From: Horticoccus luteus
Lineage (GTDB): Bacteria > Verrucomicrobiota > Verrucomicrobiia > Opitutales > Opitutaceae
Direction of reading: 5' to 3'
DNA length: 32,000 nt
Assembly (NCBI RefSeq): GCF_019464535.1
Contig: NZ_CP080507.1
Location: 1,080,001 to 1,112,000 of the forward strand
Positions 1 through 8,200 of the stretch are shown in pieces (the stretch's first letter is position 1; each line of letters opens with the position of its first letter). A model generated the notes under the pieces. That model saw only the letters and a list, made by a program, of their open reading frames with translations. It had not been told where the DNA came from and did no database searches. The translations under genes were made by a program, and so were the position numbers.

Positions 1-2
1 CG

Positions 3-863
3 ACGACGGGCGGATTCGTGGGCTGGCTGGCGGGCGTGACGCCGAGCGGCATCGACGCGGTGAACTGGGTGTTCACAGGCGTGACGGCGCTGACTTTTGT
101 GGGGTTCTTCGTCGTGTTCACGCGGAAGGCGGAGGCGGAGAAGTTGCGGCCGGACCCCGCGGAGGAGCAACGTCTCGGGGCGACGAAGCCGCGGCTCGCG
201 CGGTTGAAGGAGTATTTCACGGAGGGACCGTTTCGGAATCCGAGATTCCTGTTTTTCATTTTCATGCTGCTGCCGGTGCGGACGTTGTTCGCGCACCAGT
301 GGCTGACGTTTCCGCAATATATTCTGCGGGCCTACGACAAGGACGTGGCGGATCACATGGAGTGGCTGGTGAACTGGATCAACCCGGGTGTGATCTTCAT
401 CGGCGTGCCGCTGACGGCGGCGCTGACGAAGCGGATCAACGTTTATACGATGATGATCGTCGGTTCGCTGGTGAGCGCGCTGCCGACGTTTCTGCTGGTG
501 GGCGGTCCGGATTTGACGCGGTTGATCACGTATTTCGTGGTGTTCTCCATCGGCGAAGCGCTGTGGTCGGCGCGATTTTTGGAATACGCGTCGGAACTCG
601 CGCCGCCGGGACGCGTGGCGCAATACATGGGCCTCGCGAACATCCCGTGGCTGCTGGCGAAGGGCACGACGGGCTTTTACTCCGGCTACATGCTCTCGCG
701 CTATTGTGCGGAAGGCGTGCCGCCGGCGCAGCAGCACACGGGCACGATGTTTTTGATCTACGGCTGCATCGCGATGTTGTCGCCGATCGGACTTTTCGCC
801 GCGCGGAAGTGGGTGATGGCGGGATTGCACACGGCGCGGGCACCCGCGCGCGCGGCAAATTGA
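3..863 (+). CDS. MFS-type transporter, POT/PTR2-like, C-terminal part (5' end lies outside the window)
   Basis: The reading frame is open from the window edge, with no stop before the GTG at 18. There are several hydrophobic TM-like segments. The motif GEALWSARFLEYASELAPPGRVAQYMG resembles the conserved POT/MFS helix. Third-codon positions are strongly G/C biased. Stop is TGA at 861-863. Confidence 0.6.
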   Translation, partial: TTGGFVGWLAGVTPSGIDAVNWVFTGVTALTFVGFFVVFTRKAEAEKLRPDPAEEQRLGATKPRLARLKEYFTEGPFRNPRFLFFIFMLLPVRTLFAHQWLTFPQYILRAYDKDVADHMEWLVNWINPGVIFIGVPLTAALTKRINVYTMMIVGSLVSALPTFLLVGGPDLTRLITYFVVFSIGEALWSARFLEYASELAPPGRVAQYMGLANIPWLLAKGTTGFYSGYMLSRYCAEGVPPAQQHTGTMFLIYGCIAMLSPIGLFAARKWVMAGLHTARAPARAAN

Positions 864-935
864 AGTCGGGTTGACGCGCGCTTGGGCCGGGAACCAAGCG
901 GTCCGGGGCGGTTCTAGCACGACGAAGCACCGTTG

Positions 936-952
936 GCGCAAGGACCTTGCGC
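936..952. promoter_or_regulatory. Perfect 17-bp palindrome GCGCAAGG-A-CCTTGCGC in the MFS/GT2 intergenic region
   Basis: Read directly from the sequence. It ends 19 nt before the GT2 ATG (971) and is followed by AAGCGGTTTTCG. It could be an operator or a weak terminator hairpin for the upstream transporter gene. Confidence 0.25.
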
Positions 953-970
953 AAGCGGTTTTCGTGCGCC

Positions 971-1882
971 ATGCAGCCAAACCTTTCGATCATCGTTCCT
1001 CACAAAAACGACCCGGTGCGACTCGAGTCGTGCCTGGCCGGCCTGTCAGCGCAGGTGGAAAGCGGCGATGAGATCATCGTCGTCGATAATGGCTCGGGCG
1101 ACCATGCGCGGGCCGCGGCGGAGGGCGCGTGTTGGCGGATGGGTGCGCGATTTTTTTCGTGCGATCGCGGTGGCTCTTATGCGGCGCGGAACGTCGGGAT
1201 AGAACAGGCGAAGAACGACGTGTTCGTGTTCACGGACGCGGATTGCCGGCCGGCGGCGGAGTTTCTGCCGAGTTATCGGGCGTGGTTCGCGACGAAGCGC
1301 GCGCCGGCGATCGCGGCGGGTCCCGTGGCACTTGTGCCGAGGCGCGGCGGGCGGTTCAACGCGTGGGAGTGCATCGATCGCGTTTACGGCTTTCCGCAGG
1401 CGGAGATGGTGCAGCGCTCCGGCACCGCGATGACGGCCAATCTGGCGGTCTCGCGTGCGGCGGTCGAGCAATGGGGCGCGTTTGACGCGCGGCTGTTCTC
1501 CGGGGGCGACGTGGAGTTTTCGCGGCGGGTATCCAGCCGTGTGCCCGGCGGGATGGGCTGGGTGCCGGGCGCGACGATTTTGCATCCGACGCGTGCCACG
1601 CGCGGGGAGCACCTGCGCCGGATGATGCGCACCCACGAGGGGTTGGAGCGACTGGCACGGCAGGCAGGTGCAGTCGGCGCCACGAAAGGCACGGTGTGGC
1701 GGGCGGCGATCGGGCGCCCGAGCGCCCGCTGGAAGCAGATTTTGCACCTCGCGGACGCTAGTTTGCCGGCGAAGGCGTGGGCGCTCGTGTGCCTCGCGGA
1801 TTTGCGTCTGGCGAGGATGCGCTACAAAGCGCGTTTACGGCGCGAACTTGATCTGGGTCGGCTGGCGCGGGAGGTGAACTGA
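971..1882 (+). CDS. Family 2 glycosyltransferase (GT-A fold)
   Basis: The N-terminus LSIIVPHKND...IIVVDNGSGD and the TDAD (DxD-like) motif are typical of GT2. I prefer the ATG at 971 (MQPNLSIIVP) over the track start at 947. Confidence 0.75.
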   Translation: MQPNLSIIVPHKNDPVRLESCLAGLSAQVESGDEIIVVDNGSGDHARAAAEGACWRMGARFFSCDRGGSYAARNVGIEQAKNDVFVFTDADCRPAAEFLPSYRAWFATKRAPAIAAGPVALVPRRGGRFNAWECIDRVYGFPQAEMVQRSGTAMTANLAVSRAAVEQWGAFDARLFSGGDVEFSRRVSSRVPGGMGWVPGATILHPTRATRGEHLRRMMRTHEGLERLARQAGAVGATKGTVWRAAIGRPSARWKQILHLADASLPAKAWALVCLADLRLARMRYKARLRRELDLGRLAREVN

Positions 1883-1889
1883 CGCTGCA

Positions 1890-1919
1890 GGTAGCAGCGA
1901 AAACGGCCGCGCCGCTACC
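1890..1919. terminator. GC-rich hairpin between the convergent GT2 and rhaB genes
   Basis: GGTAGCAGCG (1890-1899) pairs with CGCCGCTACC (1910-1919) with one mismatch and a 10-nt loop. There is no clear U-tract. Confidence 0.3.
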
Positions 1920-1992
1920 GCCGGTGGTGGCGGAAAACGCACGCCCACCGTGATCGATTGAGGCGCACGCCGTGGGCGCGGCCGCGGCGGCG

Positions 1993-3426
1993 CTAACCTC
2001 GCGGGGCGTAAGCTTTTTGCTCCAAGTGGTGGGCGAGAAGGCGACGGAACGTTTTCAGGTCTTTCACGGCGCCGAGCGCGATGAGCTGGCTGGCGAGGTT
2101 GCCGACGGCGCTGCCTTCCAGGCTGAACGAGGCGACGGGGATGCCGGCGGCGTTCGCGGTGGCCTGGCAAAGGAGGCGGTTGCGGGAGCCGCCTCCGACC
2201 ATCAGGATGCGTTGAAACCGGCGGCCAATCATGTGCTCGAATGCCTGGGCAGCGTGGGCGTGGCCGCGACCGATCGAGTCGCAGATCAGGCGGGTGTAGC
2301 CGGCGAGATCTTTGGGCGCGCGGAGTTTTCGTTTCTTCAACTGGGCGTCGATGGCGCGTTTCATCGAGTCGGGCGCGGCGAACGCGGGGTCGGCGAGATC
2401 GAGCAGGCCGGCGGGGGCGGGGAGTTTCTCGGCGGCGGCGATGAGGGCGGCCCATTCGCGGTCGTGGGACGGGCGGCGCGAGAAATCCTTCATCGTCTGC
2501 TCAAGGAGGAAGAGGCCGACGACGTTGGTGAGCGGGCGGTAGCCGCCGCGACCGGTGCGTTCGTTCGCGATGCGCGCGGCGAGGGCGTCGGCGCCGAGGA
2601 GCGGGGCGTCGTTTTCGAAACCGACGAGCGACCACGTGCCGGAGGAGAGAAACAAGTCGCCGCCGTTTTCCGCGGCGGGCATGGCATCGTAGGCGCTGGC
2701 GGTGTCGTGGCCGGGGACGGCGATGACCTGCGTGCCGGCAAGTTCGGGCAGGCTGCGCACGCGGCCGAGCTTGGTGCCGGACGTGATGGGTGCCTTGAAC
2801 CATTCGGCGGGGACGCGAAAGTGGTTGAGGGCGGCGCGCGACCAGTCGCGGCCGTGGACGTCGAGGAGTTGCGTGGTGCTCGCGTTGGAAAGTTCGTTTT
2901 CCATCCGACCGCTGAGGAGGAAATTGAAGTAGTCGGAGAGCAGGAGGCAGCGCGTGGCGAGGTCTTCGATCGCGGGGCAACTGGCGACGGTCTCGGCGAG
3001 TTGGAGGGAGGTGTTGTAGAAAACGTTGGGGATGCCGGTGGCGGCGTAAACGCGTTCGAGGGCGGCGCGGGTGCGCGCGAGGCGTTGGAGGCCGGGCTGG
3101 GTGCGGGCGTCGCGGTAGGCGTGCGGCGGAAAGACGAGGCGGCCGGCGTCGTTGAGGAGCACATGGTCGCAGCCCCACGTGTCGACGCCGACGGAGGCGA
3201 GCTTCGCGCCGCGGGGCAGCGCGGCGACGGCTTGGCGGAGGCCGGTCTGCACCTCGTGCCAGAGTGCGCCGAGTTCCCAATACGCGTGAGGCCCGAGCTC
3301 GCGGTAGGTGTTGGGGAAGCGGTGGACTTCGGCGAGGGTGAGGCGTTGGCGGGACCAGGTGCCGAGGATGACGCGGCCGCTGGTGGCGCCGAGATCGACG
3401 GCGGCGGAGTAGAGGGCGGAAGGCAT
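1993..3426 (-). CDS. rhaB: Rhamnulokinase (FGGY carbohydrate kinase family)
   Basis: MPSALYSAAVDLGATSGRV, HRFPN, VDTWGCDHVLL, AYRDARTQ, LSSGTWSLVGFE and IANERTG run along the length of E. coli RhaB as I recall it. The start ATG at 3426 gives 477 aa. The track ORF extends to 4056 only because no in-frame stop intervenes. Confidence 0.8.
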   Translation of the reverse strand: MPSALYSAAVDLGATSGRVILGTWSRQRLTLAEVHRFPNTYRELGPHAYWELGALWHEVQTGLRQAVAALPRGAKLASVGVDTWGCDHVLLNDAGRLVFPPHAYRDARTQPGLQRLARTRAALERVYAATGIPNVFYNTSLQLAETVASCPAIEDLATRCLLLSDYFNFLLSGRMENELSNASTTQLLDVHGRDWSRAALNHFRVPAEWFKAPITSGTKLGRVRSLPELAGTQVIAVPGHDTASAYDAMPAAENGGDLFLSSGTWSLVGFENDAPLLGADALAARIANERTGRGGYRPLTNVVGLFLLEQTMKDFSRRPSHDREWAALIAAAEKLPAPAGLLDLADPAFAAPDSMKRAIDAQLKKRKLRAPKDLAGYTRLICDSIGRGHAHAAQAFEHMIGRRFQRILMVGGGSRNRLLCQATANAAGIPVASFSLEGSAVGNLASQLIALGAVKDLKTFRRLLAHHLEQKAYAPRG

Positions 3427-3618
3427 GGCGGAAAAATTCGGAGCGAGCAGACAAGCGGTGGACAAGCGAGGCAATGCGGGATTGCGGGCGCGCGCAGCGA
3501 TCGCGATCGAAGGCGCGCGGCCAGCGGGGCGCGCTGGCGGTGGGAGAACAAGAGACGCAGCGCGCGCGATGATTACGCGTTGAGTTTGCCCCGCCGACCC
3601 GGATAGTCGCCGCCCAAC

Positions 3619-5976
3619 ATGGCTACTTCCGCTGACCCCAAGCACGTGGAGCCGTATATCGGCGCCGCGACCGTAATGAGGGAGTTCACCGCGCGCGCGG
3701 TGATTACCGGTGCGATCCTCGGGATGATCTTTGGAGCATCGTCCCTTTACCTGGTGTTGAAGGTCGGTTTGACCGTGAGCGCGTCGATCCCCGTCGCGGT
3801 GATTTCGCTGGCGCTGTTTCGCGGCCTGTCGAAGACGGGTCTGCGCGACGCGACGATTCTCGAACACAACATCACGCAGACGGCGGGCTCGGCGGGCGAG
3901 TCGCTCGCCTTCGGCATCGGCGTGACGATGCCGGCGATCCTGATCCTCGGCTTCGATCTGGAACTGACGCGCGTGATGCTGGTGGCGATGCTCGGTGGGT
4001 TGCTGGGCATCCTGATGATGATTCCGCTGCGGCGGGCGTTGATCGTGAAGGAGCACGGGACATTAAAATATCCCGAAGGCACGGCTTGCGCGGCGGTCTT
4101 GAAAGCGGGTGCCAACGCTGACGACAAGGCGCACGCCTCGCCGAGCGCGCAGGCGGAGATTCGCGCGGCGGCGGCGGCGGGGCTGGGCGCGGCGCCGGGG
4201 GCGAAGGCGATTTTCACGGGCTTCGGCGTGGGGTTGATTTACACGACGTTCAACATCGCGCTCAAGGGATGGAAGGATGTGTCGGAAAAAGTGTTTGGCG
4301 CGCCCTTCAAGGCGGGCTCGGTCAGCGTGGAAGTATCGCCGGCGCTGCTCGGCGTGGGCTACATCATCGGGCCGCGGATCGCGTCGATCATGTGTGCGGG
4401 CGGTGTGTTGAGCTACCTCGCGCTGATTCCGATGATCAAATTTTTCGGCGAGTCGATGACGACGCCCCTTGAGCCCGGCACGAAACTTATTTCCGACATG
4501 AGCCCGGGCGACATTCGCAGCGCGTATGTGCTCTACATCGGAGCGGGCGCGGTGGCGGCGGGCGGGATCATCAGTCTCGTGCAGGCGATGCCGACGATCT
4601 GGCACGGCTTGAAGGAAGGTCTGCGCAATCTCAACGGTTCGCGAGGGAGCACGCTGGCGCGCGACGAAACGCCGCGCACGGAGCGCGACCTTTCGCTGAA
4701 GTTTGTCGGCATCGGCGTGGTTTTACTGCTGTTGGCGATCACGTTCGCACCGTCGCTCGAAATGAATTTCCTCGGCGCGCTGCTGATCGTGTTGTTCGGA
4801 TTCTTGTTTGTGACGGTGTCGTCGCGGTTGACGGGCGAGATCGGCTCTTCGTCGAATCCGATTTCCGGCATGACCGTGGCGACGTTGTTGTTCACGTGCC
4901 TCATTTTTCTCCTCGTGGGCTGGACGGGGCGGACGGAATACGTGACGGCGCTTTCGGTGGGCGCGATCGTGTGCATCGCGGCATCGAATGGCGGGACGAC
5001 TTCGCAGGACTTGAAGACGGGCTTTCTCCTCGGGGCGACGCCGAAGCTGCAGCAGTGGGCGATCATGGCGGGCGCGGCGCTTTCGGCGGTGTGTCTCGGG
5101 CCGGTGCTGCTCGTGTTGAACGACGCTTCGACCGTTTACGTGCCGATCCACGAGATCGCGCCGGCGGGGCTGCATACGGACGTGGGAGCGTTGAAGAAGA
5201 CGGAAGGGCTCAAGGGACCGCAGGCGCGGGACGATGCGAACAGTTATCTCGTGTGGCAGAAAACGGACAATGTCGGCGCGCCCGAGGGACGTTATCTGGT
5301 GAATCAAAAGGGCGAGGCGGTGTGGCTCGTCGATCCTGGCATCAACGGGACGCACAATCGCCGGCCTGACGGCTCGCTGGTGCAAAAGTTCGATGCGCCG
5401 AAGGCGACGCTGATGTCGTATATCATCAAGGGGATTCTCGATCGGAAGCTGCCGTGGGCGCTCGTGTTGCTGGGCGTGATGATTGCCGTGACGATGGAGA
5501 TGTCGTTCGTGCCGGCGCTGGCGTTTGCGGTGGGCGTTTACCTGCCGTTGTCGTCGTCGTCGCCGATTTTCTTTGGCGGTTTCGTGCGGTGGCTGGTGGA
5601 TCGGCGGATGCGGAAGAAGGCCGCTTACGCGGCGATGACGCCGGCGCAGTTCACGGAGGAGACCGACAAGAGTCCCGGCGTGCTACTGGCGTCGGGTTAC
5701 ATTGCGGGCGGGGCGATCGCGGGCATCATCATTGCGATCATGCAAGGCGTGCCGTGGTTCGAAGGGATCAACGACGGGATCACCACCTGGTCGACGGCGC
5801 ACAATCCGTTTTTCGACGGGCCGAATTCGGATCTGTTGACGTTGGTGCCGTTCGCGGTGCTCTGCATTTTGCTATATTTGGTCGGCCGCGAAAAACTGCT
5901 GGCGGGGCGTCTGGCGGGTCCGATGTATGCGGGGCGGGCCGATGCCGAAGGCGAGCAGATCCCGCCCGGCGCGTGA
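3619..5976 (+). CDS. OPT-family oligopeptide transporter
   Basis: 785 aa and polytopic. The N-terminus (REFTARAVITGAILGMIFGASSLYLVLKVGLTVSASIPVAVIS) and later motifs (TGEIGSSSNPISGMTVATLL, SQDLKTGFLLGATP) are typical of bacterial OPT proteins, including a large extracytoplasmic loop. Confidence 0.8.
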   Translation: MATSADPKHVEPYIGAATVMREFTARAVITGAILGMIFGASSLYLVLKVGLTVSASIPVAVISLALFRGLSKTGLRDATILEHNITQTAGSAGESLAFGIGVTMPAILILGFDLELTRVMLVAMLGGLLGILMMIPLRRALIVKEHGTLKYPEGTACAAVLKAGANADDKAHASPSAQAEIRAAAAAGLGAAPGAKAIFTGFGVGLIYTTFNIALKGWKDVSEKVFGAPFKAGSVSVEVSPALLGVGYIIGPRIASIMCAGGVLSYLALIPMIKFFGESMTTPLEPGTKLISDMSPGDIRSAYVLYIGAGAVAAGGIISLVQAMPTIWHGLKEGLRNLNGSRGSTLARDETPRTERDLSLKFVGIGVVLLLLAITFAPSLEMNFLGALLIVLFGFLFVTVSSRLTGEIGSSSNPISGMTVATLLFTCLIFLLVGWTGRTEYVTALSVGAIVCIAASNGGTTSQDLKTGFLLGATPKLQQWAIMAGAALSAVCLGPVLLVLNDASTVYVPIHEIAPAGLHTDVGALKKTEGLKGPQARDDANSYLVWQKTDNVGAPEGRYLVNQKGEAVWLVDPGINGTHNRRPDGSLVQKFDAPKATLMSYIIKGILDRKLPWALVLLGVMIAVTMEMSFVPALAFAVGVYLPLSSSSPIFFGGFVRWLVDRRMRKKAAYAAMTPAQFTEETDKSPGVLLASGYIAGGAIAGIIIAIMQGVPWFEGINDGITTWSTAHNPFFDGPNSDLLTLVPFAVLCILLYLVGREKLLAGRLAGPMYAGRADAEGEQIPPGA

Positions 5977-6101
5977 TTGAGCCGGGCGGTGAGGGCGTTC
6001 GAGAACTCGCACGTCGGCGCGGCCTCGACGAGCGCACGGCGCAAGGATGGCGTGCGGTGCGCTCGCGCGAGGCGGCTGCGCTTGGTGGATAATTCCGCAC
6101 G

Positions 6102-6437
6102 TCAAGGCGCGGGCGGAATCGGCGGCGCGCTGTCGTCCATTTCCGGCCGCGGCGGGCGGTCGCCGTGGGGCGGGTGCGCGGGGCGAAATTCGTCCGGCGT
6201 AAGCTGGCCGTCGTGATTTTTGTCGAGCGTGAGCAAAGCGGTGGACGCGCGGGCGATTTCGTCGGCGGAAATTACGCCGTCGTGATTCGCGTCGAGTGCG
6301 ACGAGCAGCGGCGGCGGAGGCGGACGGTGGCCGTGGGCGGAGTCGGGCGGCGACGGCGGTGCGGCGTCGGCCGGTTGGGCGGGAAGCGCGAGCGCCAAAA
6401 GCGGCAGCGCGCAGAGAAGGCGAATAGGATTCTTCAT
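6102..6437 (-). CDS. Secreted small EF-hand pair protein with His/Pro-rich flanks
   Basis: Signal peptide MKNPIRLLCALPLLALALPAQPADA. There are two canonical 12-residue EF loops, DANHDGVISADE and DKNHDGQLTPDE. The flanks are HGHRPPPPP and HPPHGDRPPRPEMDD. An alternative GTG start at 6455 would add MRTSRR. Confidence 0.75.
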   Translation of the reverse strand: MKNPIRLLCALPLLALALPAQPADAAPPSPPDSAHGHRPPPPPLLVALDANHDGVISADEIARASTALLTLDKNHDGQLTPDEFRPAHPPHGDRPPRPEMDDSAPPIPPAP

Positions 6438-6461
6438 ACGCCGTGAGGTTCGCACGCGGAT

Positions 6462-6500
6462 GTTAAGCGTGGATGAACGGCGGTGCGGAAAATTGTTAAG
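6462..6500 (-). promoter_or_regulatory. Conserved element copy C (upstream of the EF-hand gene)
   Basis: The minus strand reads TCGCTTAACAATTTTCCGCACCGCCGTTCATCCACGCTTAACATC. The CTTAAC half-sites are 33 bp apart. The 17 nt GCTTAACAATTTTCCG... are identical to copy B. The element ends 24 nt before the ATG at 6437. Confidence 0.6.
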
Positions 6501-6542
6501 CGAGTGAAAAGCCAGCGCGGGAGGCGCCGCGCAGGCGGATGA

Positions 6543-8060
6543 TCAAGGCGCACGCGCGAGCTGGATCTCGGCGCCGAAGCCGTGAGGCGTGCGGTTGAAG
6601 AAGCGGACGTTGCCGCCGCACGCCGCGATGGAGGAACGCACGATCGCGAGGCCGAGGCCGGAGCCGCCCGTGTCTGCCGAGCGTGCTTCGTCGGGCCGGA
6701 AGAACGGTTCGCCGAGGCGGGCGAGCGCTTCGGGCGGCACGCCAGGTCCGTCGTCCTCAACGATGAGCTTGATGTGTCCATCGTCCGGCGCGGCGGAGAG
6801 AAAGACGTGACTGCCGGGGGCATAGCGCGCGGCATTGCGGAGGAGGTTGGCGACGGCGCGTTCGAGCAGCCGGGCATCCGCGAGCACGCGCAGGCTCGGC
6901 GCCACCTCGACGCGGCAGACGATAGCGGGTGCTTCGCGCATGTGAACGCGTTGCAGCAGCGGAGCGAGTTCCACCGGTGCGAGGCTGGCGGCGCGGGGCC
7001 GGAGCCCGGCCTGGGTGAACGCCATCAATTCGTTCACGAGCTGGCTCATGTGCTGCACCTCGTCGCGCACGTCGCCGAGGGGGGCGGTGGCGGCGGCGCC
7101 AGTGCGTTGCTCAAGAATTTCGACGGCGACCTGCAGGCGGCCGAGAGGTGAGCCGAGCTCGTGGGCGACGTCGCCGAGAAAACGTTTCTGGCCTTGTGCC
7201 TGAGTTTCGAGGCGGGCGGCCATGCGGTTAACGGACTCGCCGAGGTGACCAAGTTCGTCGCGGCGGCGGGTCGGAACGCGCGTGGTGAAATCGCCAGAGG
7301 CGATGCGTTCGGTGGCGGCGCCGAGCTGGCGCAGGGCGCGGCTGATGCCGCGGACGAGCGGGAGCCAAAACAAAATGGAAACCACCAGGACGCCGGCAGC
7401 GGTGAGGAACCACGGCGTGAGGTCGAGGAGGCCGAGGAGCGCGCGGAGCGAAGAGGAATGCACGACGAGACTCACGGGTTCGGGGCGGCCGTTGTGGTCG
7501 ACGGGCGGCATGCGCACGATGAGCCACCAGGCGGCGGGTTCGCCGACGTGAAACAAATGCCGGCCGCGCGCGAGATTCCGGGCGTTGGCGCCGGGACGAT
7601 CGGAGCGGAGGTCGGGCGGCGGAGCGGCGTCGTCGCGAGGAGGCGCATCGTCGTGGAACTCGTCGCGGTCGTGGCGGGGTGGCGGGCGCGAGCCAGGCGG
7701 TGGTGGCGGGAGACCGAGAGGCGGTGGAGGGCGGAGTAGTGCGATGACTTCGCGCGGGAGTTCGGGGGCGTGACCGGCCCGCGTTTCGCCGCTCTCGTTG
7801 GCGACAACCGCATAATCGAGTTGGTCGCTGAGCGGGAGGTGCGCGACGGCAGCGGTGGCGTCGTCGGTCGCGCGAAGTTCGGCGGCGAGGAGGTTGGCGG
7901 CGGCCTGGGCGCGTTCACCGGCGGGTCCGCGCACGAGAGCGTCGAGGCCCGAGGCGTCGGACGTGACGAACAGCACGCAAGCGGCGAGCGCGGCGACGAG
8001 GAGGAGGTTGAGCACGAGCCAGAGCGAAACCTTGAGCGAGAGGGGGAAGCGGACGTGCAT
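6543..8060 (-). CDS. Sensor histidine kinase, CpxA/EnvZ-like (TM - periplasmic domain - TM - HAMP - HisKA - HATPase)
   Basis: HAMP-like segment RALRQLGAATERIASGDFTTRVP...LGESVNRMAARLE. H-box FLGDVAHELGSPLGRL. N-box LLRNAARYA. G-boxes DDGPGVPPE and GGSGLGLAIV. I prefer the ATG at 8060 (MHVRFPLSLKVSLWLVL...) over the TTG at 8090. Confidence 0.85.
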   Translation of the reverse strand: MHVRFPLSLKVSLWLVLNLLLVAALAACVLFVTSDASGLDALVRGPAGERAQAAANLLAAELRATDDATAAVAHLPLSDQLDYAVVANESGETRAGHAPELPREVIALLRPPPPLGLPPPPPGSRPPPRHDRDEFHDDAPPRDDAAPPPDLRSDRPGANARNLARGRHLFHVGEPAAWWLIVRMPPVDHNGRPEPVSLVVHSSSLRALLGLLDLTPWFLTAAGVLVVSILFWLPLVRGISRALRQLGAATERIASGDFTTRVPTRRRDELGHLGESVNRMAARLETQAQGQKRFLGDVAHELGSPLGRLQVAVEILEQRTGAAATAPLGDVRDEVQHMSQLVNELMAFTQAGLRPRAASLAPVELAPLLQRVHMREAPAIVCRVEVAPSLRVLADARLLERAVANLLRNAARYAPGSHVFLSAAPDDGHIKLIVEDDGPGVPPEALARLGEPFFRPDEARSADTGGSGLGLAIVRSSIAACGGNVRFFNRTPHGFGAEIQLARAP

Positions 8061-8123
8061 GCGGAAGCGGGAGTGAGGCGAGCGTAGCAAGCGGCGGAGG
8101 AAAATCCCGCGGATTTACGCGGC

Positions 8124-8161
8124 CTTAACAATAAACCAGCCGACCCTCATGCAGGCTTAAC
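8124..8161 (+). promoter_or_regulatory. Conserved element copy A (upstream of the YHYH gene, in the divergent region with the kinase gene)
   Basis: The plus strand reads GGCCTTAACAATAAACCAGCCGACCCTCATGCAGGCTTAACTTGG. The CTTAAC half-sites lie at 8124-8129 and 8156-8161, 32 bp apart. The element ends 39 nt before the ATG at 8201. Confidence 0.6.
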
Positions 8162-8200
8162 TTGGGCGGAGTGAAATGGAGGCAACTTCTCCTCCCCATC

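Noticed and set aside
1972-3606. 544-aa plus-strand ORF antisense to rhaB. Similar long antisense ORFs lie at 13628-15409, 15338-17032, 20686-22386, 23491-24417, 24586-25989, 9797-10798 and 11671-12924.
   Set aside because: All overlap genes with clear family motifs on the other strand. Their translations are Arg/Gly/Ala/Pro-rich low-complexity strings typical of stop-poor antisense frames in high-GC DNA. None shows a recognisable motif.
3427-4056. 5' extension of the rhaB ORF to 687 aa, overlapping the OPT transporter gene.
   Set aside because: The extension is Arg/His/Gln-rich nonsense and overlaps a bona fide transporter gene on the other strand. The RhaB-like N-terminus (AVDLGATSGRV) begins right after the ATG at 3426.
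8061-8090. TTG start at 8090 for the histidine kinase, and GTG start at 8162 for the YHYH protein.
   Set aside because: The ATG codons at 8060 and 8201 give a typical kinase N-terminal TM segment and a typical signal peptide. The longer versions would run into, or start at the edge of, the conserved CTTAAC element.
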